Notes under the pieces: generated by a model
What the model was told of the DNA's origin: nothing
The model's database searches: none
The model's input: only the letters and a program-made list of their open reading frames with translations
From: a bacterium
GTDB taxonomy: Bacteria; Zhuqueibacterota; Zhuqueibacteria; Zhuqueibacterales; Zhuqueibacteraceae
DNA length: 45,052 nucleotides
Assembly: GCA_044869275.1 (NCBI GenBank)
Contig: JBIOXB010000154.1
Coordinates: 1-45,052 of the forward strand
Reading direction: 5' to 3'
Shown: positions 36,683-43,954 of the stretch, piece by piece
How positions within the stretch are numbered: the stretch's first letter is position 1
Layout of the letters: each line of letters begins with the position of its first letter
Made by a program: the position numbers and the translations under genes

Positions 36683-37465
36683 ATGCTATCTCACACTTCT
36701 GCCGACCGGCGTTTCGTCGAGCCGCTGTTGCAATGGGCGAAGATTTCGCAAGATCACCGCCAAGTCAAGCGGAATTTATTGAATACGAATCATGAATTCT
36801 GGCCCTGGCTGCGCAGTCGCGTACGAGCTTACTATTGCTTCTACTTCGGGCCGCCCACCGAGTTTGTTGAAGAGTGCGCCACGCGACTGATGTTTTGGGC
36901 GCGCGCCAACGTGGCCGCGCTGGAGGATCCGGCATTCAACGACAATTCACTGGAAGGCGTGTTGCGCACCATCGCGAGTCATTGGCGCGCAGATTTGCGG
37001 CGCGAGCGCCGTAAACGCCTCCGCCGTTTGGAACGGCTGGATCGTTATGCCGAGGAGTGGGACACGCGCCGTGGTTACCTGAGCGTGTCTTTGCGCGCGC
37101 CCCCTGAAAGCTTGCGGGTGCCGCCGCAGGAGTGGAACCCCGCGCCCTATCCGCGTTTGGAAGAAGAGTTTTCTCGCGCGCAACTGCTCTTGCCGAGCTT
37201 TGGTCGCGCGCTGCGCGGCAAAAGCCGCATGCGGCAATTGCTCGCGGCTTTGCTGTGTTTGGGACGCCGCTTGGGCAAAGCCCGGAACTTTCCCGGCCAT
37301 TGGTTCGTCTTCCGGCTGTTGTCGACGCGCGCCAAACACCTGCCCAAATTTGTGCGCTCGTTTTTGCGCAAACGCTTCCCGGCTTTGGATTACAAAGTCA
37401 TCAATGCCAGGCTGGGCTATTTGCGGCGCGCGTTTCAGCGCTTCATGTATTCCGTCTATCTATGA
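36683..37465 (+). CDS. Hypothetical protein resembling a divergent ECF/sigma-70 factor
   Basis: SD AGGAG before ATG 36683; region-2-like FVEECATRLMFW...LEGVLRTIASHWRADLRRERR; region-4-like LDYKVINARLGYLRRAFQRF. Confidence 0.45.
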   Translation: MLSHTSADRRFVEPLLQWAKISQDHRQVKRNLLNTNHEFWPWLRSRVRAYYCFYFGPPTEFVEECATRLMFWARANVAALEDPAFNDNSLEGVLRTIASHWRADLRRERRKRLRRLERLDRYAEEWDTRRGYLSVSLRAPPESLRVPPQEWNPAPYPRLEEEFSRAQLLLPSFGRALRGKSRMRQLLAALLCLGRRLGKARNFPGHWFVFRLLSTRAKHLPKFVRSFLRKRFPALDYKVINARLGYLRRAFQRFMYSVYL

Positions 37466-37882
37466 TACTGGTTCAAGCCCTGAAGCAGAATTCTCAAGAG
37501 AATTCAAAGGGCTTCATTGCTTTCTTTCAAGCGCACTGGTTATTGCCAGTCGCTGGCGGTAGCCCGTTATGCACTCGTGGCTCGCTCTCCGGGCCGGCCT
37601 CTTGCCGGCTTTTTCTGGCTAAAGCGCGCCGCACCCGACCAAGAACATGAATTCGAGTTCCATTTCGACATCGTTTCAACTTTCTATGGCTGCAGAGAAA
37701 ACGCGGGAGGCGCGGGCATCGAAACTTCCTCATCTGGGCCCGATTTTCCATCTCAAGCCCGTGGGAAAATCGGGAGTCGCTTGCGGCGTTGGCCTGGGCA
37801 CAATAGTTTAAGGCCGCTTGGCAGCTCTACACTGGGGAGCCAAGCCGGAAAATGCAGAGAAAAATCATAAAAAGGTGAAACC

Positions 37883-38902
37883 ATGAAAGCTCGAACTAAG
37901 GTCTTTGGTTTCGAGGCGGAGTGGATTGGGGGAATTGAGGTCATGGATCTCTTGGAGCTATGGAAATGGGTCAAAGAATTGTGGCAAAAACTGGCAACCA
38001 CGGGCGGACCATTACTCTTGCTATACTCGCCTGTTGCCGAACGCGCGGCGCTGCGCACGCTCACGGCTTTTGCGCGGCTCAGCCGCCGCCAGGAACCGGA
38101 ACGCCTCGTGCAATATCACTGGCCGCACCACGTCGCCTTGCTGGAAGCCCCACCGCGGAATACCCCGACTTTGCTGCTCCTGCATCGTAGCAGCCGCTTT
38201 TTGAATCTAACGGATTTTTGCCGCCTGTCTTTGCAGAACCAACGTCACTGGCGCGTGGTGCTTGCCATGCCGGAGCCGGAATATCAGGCTTTATCCCTGC
38301 CCGCCGGCGTGGTAACGTTTGAAGTACCTGCCGAAGAGGCGGATTATTGCGCGCGCCGGCAACAGGAAATTCTCGCGCCACATTTTGGCGGGAAGGATCA
38401 ACCTGTTTTGAGCGCTTGGGAAAAGCTCCTGCTCGCTGCGGGACTCATGGAAGTCGAAGTGCCGGTCACGCTGCTGGGCCGTTCTGCGCAGAACACACCG
38501 GCCAAACTGGTGCGCGAGCTGCGATCCAGCCGCTGGCGCGACCTGCTGCTTCTGCCGCCCCATGGCAGCGCGGCAGCCGGCCATATTGCTTTCCGCGGCC
38601 GCTGGCTGGCGCAGGGCCTTGCTGCCAAAACCCGTGATCGCAGTGAAGTTTCGCTCTCTGATTTGATCGCAATGGTCAATCCCGTTTCGGCGAACGAACG
38701 GCACTTTTGCCTGCAGGTGTTGGCGGCGTTGCGCGCACAGGGCCGCGAACGCCGCCTGAAAATTACGCTGGCGCGTCATGCTGCCGTGCTGCAATCCGCC
38801 CTGGCCCAGGCCCGCGGCTGTCCGGAGCGCATGGCCTGGTCTTATTTCTTTGCCCAGCCCTGTTGTCAAAGAGCGCGCGCGCCCAAGCCGCGTCATGCTT
38901 AA
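37883..38902 (+). CDS. Hypothetical protein resembling an inactivated STAND/AAA+ NTPase with winged helix
   Basis: GGPLLLLYSPVAERAA (Walker A position, no GKT), PTLLLLHRS (Walker B position, no DD), WRVVLAM, and winged-helix-like VPVTLL...DLLLL...GHIAFRGRWLA; alternative start 37943. Confidence 0.4.
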   Translation: MKARTKVFGFEAEWIGGIEVMDLLELWKWVKELWQKLATTGGPLLLLYSPVAERAALRTLTAFARLSRRQEPERLVQYHWPHHVALLEAPPRNTPTLLLLHRSSRFLNLTDFCRLSLQNQRHWRVVLAMPEPEYQALSLPAGVVTFEVPAEEADYCARRQQEILAPHFGGKDQPVLSAWEKLLLAAGLMEVEVPVTLLGRSAQNTPAKLVRELRSSRWRDLLLLPPHGSAAAGHIAFRGRWLAQGLAAKTRDRSEVSLSDLIAMVNPVSANERHFCLQVLAALRAQGRERRLKITLARHAAVLQSALAQARGCPERMAWSYFFAQPCCQRARAPKPRHA

Positions 38903-38988
38903 AGCTTGCAACAAGAAAAGCCTCCGCGGATCACGCAGAAAGGCGCGGATATCTCCAAACCTATACGGAGTAGCTCTAGACAAAATGC

Positions 38989-39054
38989 TCTCCAACGGAT
39001 TAAAAAACGTCCAACGGATTCTGAATCCCTTGGTCGCTTCTCATCCGTTGGAGA
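38989..39054. repeat. Long intergenic hairpin (double direct plus inverted repeat)
   Basis: TCTCCAACGGAT (38989-39000) / ATCCGTTGGAGA (39043-39054), with inner TCCAACGGATT / AATCCCTTGG. Confidence 0.7.
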
Positions 39055-39371
39055 AAAGAATTTCTGAATTTTATTCTGACTTTGAGTGCTTTATGGCACA
39101 ACGCGAACGAGCCGCAACCTAAAAGTAAGAATGCCTCACGCAAAGATTACGCGGAGACTGCGCAGAGCTGTTCTTGGCTATCCTTTGCGATTTTGTCATA
39201 GCCTGGAATTTCTTTGCTTCTTTTCAAGCGTTGCAAGTCAATCTAGTTTCCATTTCCCTTTGGCCTTCCAGTTAAATTGCTTCTCCATGCTCTTCGTTAG
39301 CTCTGCGCGCCCGGTGGCGGTCCTTTCGCCTGCGAAATATTTCGATCTCGCGCGCGACCTCGTCTTTCACC

Positions 39372-40292
39372 ATGACAAACCCTCATCGTGTCTGGCTACG
39401 GAGCGTATGCGCCATGGCATTTCTGTTTCTGCATCCGCTTTACGCGCAAATGTGCCTCGACCAAAACCTGCTCGCGGCTTGGCGTGCGGTGCGCCGGCAT
39501 AGTGAAGCGCCCGGCTTGGACGGCATGACTGCCGCGCATTTTGAAAGCCGTTCCTTTGTGCTGCTTAAAAAATTGCAAAGCGATTTGCGGCATTTCAAAT
39601 ACGCGCCGCAGGCGGTGAAGCGCATTTTCATGAAACGCGAAGTCGGCCCGCCGCGGCCACTGGGCATCCCCATTTTCATCGACCGCATCGTACAGCGCGC
39701 GCTGGTCCAAATTCTCATTCCGATCTTTGAGCCGTGCTTTGACGATTGCAGCCATGCCTATCGCACCGGACGCTCCCCGCAAACCGCGCTGGCCCAGGCT
39801 CGCGATTACGCGCGGAGCGGCCGGCCCTGGGTGGTCAAAATCGATTTGCAGGATTGCTTCGGCAGCATTCCCCATCGCCCCTTGCTGCGCGCGGTGTATC
39901 GCCACCTGCGCGATTCCGCCGTACGCAAGTTGCTCCAGCAATTTCTCGCCGTGGCAGTCGTCACCGAATCGCGCAGCGGTTTGCGCCAGGTGAGCCGGCC
40001 GCAGCAGGGACTGCTGCAAGGCAGCCCGCTTTCGCCCTTGCTCGCCAACATCTATCTGCATGATTTTGACCAGGACATGCGCCACCTCGATTTGCGCTTC
40101 GTGCGTTACGGCGACGACATTGCAATTTTTGTGCGCACCCGCCAGGAATCTGAACAAGCGCTCGAGGCAGCCGCGCGCATGCTCGCCGCGCTGCACATGC
40201 CCATTAATCGCGACAAAACCCGGCTCTATCATCTCAACCGCGGATTCAAGTATTTGGGAGAGTGGCTTTCTCTGAGTAGGGCCAGATCGTAG
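39372..40292 (+). CDS. CRISPR-associated stand-alone reverse transcriptase (group II intron-like RT, no maturase domain)
   Basis: RT0 LLAAWRAVRR...APGLDG; RPLGIP...DRIVQRA; SHAYR.GRS; KIDLQDCFGSIPH; GLLQGSPLSPLLANIYL; RYGDD; FKYLG then stop; directly upstream of cas1; possible start 39414. Confidence 0.92.
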   Translation: MTNPHRVWLRSVCAMAFLFLHPLYAQMCLDQNLLAAWRAVRRHSEAPGLDGMTAAHFESRSFVLLKKLQSDLRHFKYAPQAVKRIFMKREVGPPRPLGIPIFIDRIVQRALVQILIPIFEPCFDDCSHAYRTGRSPQTALAQARDYARSGRPWVVKIDLQDCFGSIPHRPLLRAVYRHLRDSAVRKLLQQFLAVAVVTESRSGLRQVSRPQQGLLQGSPLSPLLANIYLHDFDQDMRHLDLRFVRYGDDIAIFVRTRQESEQALEAAARMLAALHMPINRDKTRLYHLNRGFKYLGEWLSLSRARS

Positions 40293-40294
40293 AG

Positions 40295-40521
40295 CGATGA
40301 TAGAAGATCGAGGATAGAAGATAGATGATGGAAAATGGAAGATGGAGGATTGTGAAGAATCGTGATTGGCCATCTTTTTCTATCTTCCATCCTCGATCCT
40401 CAATTCTCGATCATCCGTCTTCTGTTAGAGATTCTCAACCAGCAACCAGAAACTAACGGCCAACGATTAACGACCAACGATCTACGACTAACAACCGACT
40501 ACTAACAACTGACAACCAACC
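40295..40521. repeat. Heptamer-repeat arrays between RT and cas1
   Basis: (GAAGATA/GAGGATA)n arm, complementary (TATCTTC/CATCCTC)n arm, then (CAACGAC/CAACCAA)n running up to the cas1 ATG. Confidence 0.8.
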
Positions 40522-41505
40522 ATGCCCTCCCTCTACATCAACGAATACGGTGCCACGCTTGGCGTGACGAACGAACGCCTGCAAGTGCGGCGCAACGGCA
40601 AAATCGTGCAGGAAGTGCCGGCCCTGCACGTGGAGCGCGTGGTGCTCATGGTGCCGGCCAACGTCACCCAGCCCGCGGTGCGCTTTCTTATGGAGCGCGG
40701 CATCGACATTGCCTATCTCTCCCCCAACGGCACTTTTTACGGCCGCTTCACCGCGAGCGAAGGCAAATCCGTCGAGCAGCGCCTGGCGCAGTTTCAAAAG
40801 TTTTTCGATCCCGCATTTCGATTGTCCCTGGCCAAAGCGTTTATCAAAGGGAAGGTGCAAAACATGATGGCCCTGTGGCGCGGCCTGCGCCGCCAGCGCG
40901 AAGGCGCCAGGGAGTTGTCCACGATGGCAAAAATTCAGGACAGCCTGGACGCCGCGTCCGGCCTGGAAAATCTTCTGGGTTTGGAAGGCGCAGCCAGCGC
41001 CGCGCACTTTGAGCTGCTGCGGCGCCTGCTGCCCGCCGGGTGGATTTTCCAGCGCCGCCAGCCTCATCCGCCGGCCGATCCGGTCAATGCCATGCTCAGC
41101 CTGGGTTACACCCTGTTGTACTCGCGCATGTCCGGCCTGCTGCACATGCATGGACTCGATCCCTATCTGGGATTTTTTCACGAGCGCAAACACGGGCACG
41201 CGGCGCTCGCCTCGGACATGATCGAGGAATGGCGTGCCACTCTCGTCGACGCGGTCGTTCTGAATTTGGTCAACCAAAAGCAAATCGCGGCCGGCGATTT
41301 CGATAGAAAGGGTGGTGCCTGTCGCATGGCTAAGCCCGCACTGCAAAAATTCATTGCGGCGTTTGAGCAGCGCCTGCAACAATCTCAAAGCTGGTTCGCC
41401 CGGCACGATTCCGGCGATCCCATCGGTGGGCTCGAAGGCCAGGTACGCCAGCTCATCCGCGTGTTGCTGGGCAAGCAAAAGCAGTATGTCGCGGTGAAGG
41501 TGTGA
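40522..41505 (+). CDS. cas1: Cas1 integrase
   Basis: LYINEYGATL; LLGLEGAASAAHF; RR..HPPADPVNAMLSLGYTLL; GLDPYLGFFH; LASDMIEEWR (catalytic E/H/E present). Confidence 0.95.
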   Translation: MPSLYINEYGATLGVTNERLQVRRNGKIVQEVPALHVERVVLMVPANVTQPAVRFLMERGIDIAYLSPNGTFYGRFTASEGKSVEQRLAQFQKFFDPAFRLSLAKAFIKGKVQNMMALWRGLRRQREGARELSTMAKIQDSLDAASGLENLLGLEGAASAAHFELLRRLLPAGWIFQRRQPHPPADPVNAMLSLGYTLLYSRMSGLLHMHGLDPYLGFFHERKHGHAALASDMIEEWRATLVDAVVLNLVNQKQIAAGDFDRKGGACRMAKPALQKFIAAFEQRLQQSQSWFARHDSGDPIGGLEGQVRQLIRVLLGKQKQYVAVKV

Positions 41506-41506
41506 G

Positions 41507-41657
41507 GGATGATCGTTGATTGTGGATCGTAGATCGTAGATTGTACATCGTGAATCGTGAATTGTGGATTAAAAATCGCGCTGTCACACTCTACGATCCA
41601 CTATCCACGATCTTCGATCCTCAATCATCGACCAGCATCGAGCATCCAGTATCAAGC
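41507..41657. repeat. Inverted heptamer-repeat array between cas1 and cas2
   Basis: (GATCGTA/GATTGTG)n arm and complementary (TACGATC/CACGATC)n arm, then (CCAGCAT/CGAGCAT)n. Confidence 0.8.
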
Positions 41658-41957
41658 ATGAAACACGAGCCCAGCAGAAAAACCTTCATCGTCGTCGCCT
41701 ACGACCTCAGCGATGACCGCCGCCGCACGCGTTTGCATAAAAGGCTTAAATCCTATGGCTTGGGCGTGCAATACTCCGTCTTTGAGTGTTTGCTCACTCC
41801 GGCGCAGTTCAAAACCATGAAACAAATGGTGCGCGCCCATCTCAAAACCAAAGAAGGCGATCGCGTGCGCTACTACCAGTTGTGCGAAAGTTGCCGCCGC
41901 CGTATTGAGGCCACGGACGGCGTGGCGGAGCAGGATACGCCCGTGGTGTTTGCGTGA
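41658..41957 (+). CDS. cas2: Cas2
   Basis: IVVAYDLSDDRRRTRLHKRLKSYGLGVQYSVFEC...DRVRYYQLCESC; the ORF-track 5' extension is repeat DNA. Confidence 0.95.
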   Translation: MKHEPSRKTFIVVAYDLSDDRRRTRLHKRLKSYGLGVQYSVFECLLTPAQFKTMKQMVRAHLKTKEGDRVRYYQLCESCRRRIEATDGVAEQDTPVVFA

Positions 41958-42122
41958 AGGGGCATAGGGCAGAGGGCGTAGCGCAGTGGGCAGAGCGCAG
42001 AGTGCAGAGCGCATGGCGCAGAGACAACAACAGCAATAATTAGAATCGCTATGCGCTATGCCCTCTGCGCTCTGCCACTCCTGCCGCAACCAACAACTAA
42101 CAACCAACGACCACCAACCACC
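41958..42122. repeat. Inverted heptamer-repeat array after cas2
   Basis: (GGCATAG/GGCAGAG/CGCAGAG)n arm, complementary (CTATGCG/CTCTGCG)n arm, then (CAACCAA)n running up to ATG 42123. Confidence 0.8.
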
Positions 42123-42650
42123 ATGCCCCTCGCAACCTACTTCACCCGCGCCGCCCTCGGTCCCGTGTGGCCGTTCATGCTGCTTGCTGCCCTGTTTATG
42201 GCCGCCACTACCGGCTTTCTTTTGTTTGTATGGCTCCGGGCCCCAGTCCATGCCTATTCTCTGCGCGAATACGGCTTTCTGCAGCGCCTGTACGACGCCC
42301 TTGAAATGATTGGCAGTCTCACGCTTATTTGCGGCATTCTCGGGGCCTGCTTGGGTCTCGCGGAAATTCTGCCGGCGTTGAGCCGCGCGCAAGACCCCGG
42401 CCAGGACGGGCTTTACCAGCAACTGCTCGCCTCTTTGCCGCGAATATTGGCGCCCGCTGCTGCTGGCTTGATCCTCGGCGGACTGTGGGCCGAAATCTTG
42501 CGCTTCTTTCTCCGGCCCTATGCGCGCGCTGTGAGCGTGCCTCCCGGCCCGCCGCCAGAAGCATCTTCGCCCGAGGCAGGAAAAAAGCCGCTGCCGGCAC
42601 AAAACTTCGACGACGACTGGCGCGCCAAGGATCCGATGGGCATGTATTGA
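42123..42650 (+). CDS. Three-TM membrane protein resembling the MotA/TolQ/ExbB proton-channel family
   Basis: N-terminal TM (PVWPFMLLAALFMAATTGFLLFVWL); LEMIGSLTLICGILGACLGLAEIL and LLASLPRILAPAAAGLILGGLW resemble ExbB TM2 (PLLGLLGTVLGMI) and TM3 (ALITTAAGLIVA). Confidence 0.55.
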   Translation: MPLATYFTRAALGPVWPFMLLAALFMAATTGFLLFVWLRAPVHAYSLREYGFLQRLYDALEMIGSLTLICGILGACLGLAEILPALSRAQDPGQDGLYQQLLASLPRILAPAAAGLILGGLWAEILRFFLRPYARAVSVPPGPPPEASSPEAGKKPLPAQNFDDDWRAKDPMGMY

Positions 42651-42651
42651 A

Positions 42652-42800
42652 GCTCGCGGATGGAGGATCGTAGATAGTAGATCGTGGATTGTAGTTCGTG
42701 GATTGAAGGACAGCGCACATTTTTAATCAATCTACCATCCACGATCCACAATCTACGATCCTCTATTTTCGATCGTCAACCAGCAACCAACAACCAACAC
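42652..42800. repeat. Inverted heptamer-repeat array
   Basis: (GATCGTA/GATAGTA/GATTGTA)n arm and (CACGATC/TACGATC)n arm, then (CAACCAG/CAACCAA)n. Confidence 0.8.
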
Positions 42801-42809
42801 GGAGGTCCC

Positions 42810-43103
42810 ATGCGTCGCACTATTCAAATCCTTCTCGCCGTTGCCGCCATCGTCCTGGTTCTCCTGGTCGATTGGCCGCAGCGTCAGCGCCAGCTCGCCC
42901 GCTTGACCAGGCGCCTTCGCGCCGCTTTGTCGCAGTCGCAAGATGACGGCGAAGCAGCGCCTCCACCTGCGCCGGTATTGCCGTTCCACCCGCATACCGA
43001 CGGAGCAACCGAGGCGAAGTTGCTCACCCTGCCGCGTTTGTGGCTGGCTTCGGCCGTCTTGATTATTTTGGCGGCCATTGTCCTGCGGCCCCTGCTGCCG
43101 TAA
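42810..43103 (+). CDS. Small membrane protein with two TM helices (97 aa)
   Basis: GGAGG SD at 42801; TM segments ILLAVAAIVLVLLV and LWLASAVLIILAAIVL with a Pro-rich linker. Confidence 0.6.
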   Translation: MRRTIQILLAVAAIVLVLLVDWPQRQRQLARLTRRLRAALSQSQDDGEAAPPPAPVLPFHPHTDGATEAKLLTLPRLWLASAVLIILAAIVLRPLLP

Positions 43104-43189
43104 GCACGCCACAAAACGCCTGCAACAGCGCGGAGCTGCCCGGATACTCATCCCGCGCGCCCCCCCGCAGCTCCGCGCCTCCACCACCA

Positions 43190-43954
43190 GAGTATTGTTT
43201 GATACAAATCATTTCCATTGCTTGCATCTTTACAGAAAAATTGTTTCATTCCATTCACGTCTATCATCTATCATCTATCGTCTATCGCCTGTCGTCTGCA
43301 TATTCACCTCTGTGGCATAACTACAGAGTCTGATTTTTCGTCAAAAATGGCGCCCACTTAAAAAATTATTGTGTTTGATTGACGAGTTTATTATGCTATT
43401 CCCATTGAAATTAGATCATTAAAAAGTGGCGCAAGACGAAAAGCCTGTATGCCGCTGACAAAAATGATGCTTTGCTTTGCATGGCCATGATCCCATGCTT
43501 CTGATAATATGTGAGTTGTTCGATGTAGATAATTTACACACACTGACATCTTTTGAAATGATCTACCATAACCGAGAGACTTAAGCTTCTGATTTAAAGA
43601 TAGTAAAGTGGTAGAGACGGCTTAACTCATTTCTTGGTTAGTCACTTCAGGTCCACCGGTAAAGATACCATGCTGCAAGCTATTATGAAAAATAAGGAAA
43701 GCAGATTAACTTTTGATTTTTCGCGCACCTGTAAGCCACAATTGCATATTCATGCAGATGATGATTATTGTGATTAAACGAATGAATAATAGCTGGTTGT
43801 GGCAGATAGAACGATTACCTATTGAAAACTTGTGAATTGCGCCATGAATTCCACTTTCCTAAGAAAATTAAGTGGGGAAAAAATCGGGGCTTTGCATCTG
43901 CCCTTAAAATGGCTTAATAGAAATAGTGGATTAAAGTGGCGGAATTTGACCGCG
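43190..43954 (+). promoter_or_regulatory. AT-rich non-coding region including the CRISPR leader
   Basis: Visibly AT-rich, no convincing ORF, abuts the first repeat; repeat orientation (3' ATTGAAAC) puts the leader on this side. Confidence 0.7.

Noticed and set aside
37517..37870. 117-aa ORF between the sigma-like and STAND-like genes
   Set aside because: Non-ATG start, no SD, no motif; cannot be supported as a gene
39372..40292. RT as a group II intron, retron or DGR
   Set aside because: No maturase/endonuclease domain or recognisable intron domain V; no retron VTG motif; no TR/VR pair seen; the four-helix-bundle remnant is 4 kb away and truncated; adjacency to cas1 explains the RT
34100..42800. 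Heptamer arrays as degenerate CRISPR arrays or integron attC sites
   Set aside because: No repeat-spacer periodicity, no consistent RYYYAAC/GTTRRRY core with attC structure, and no integrase in the window
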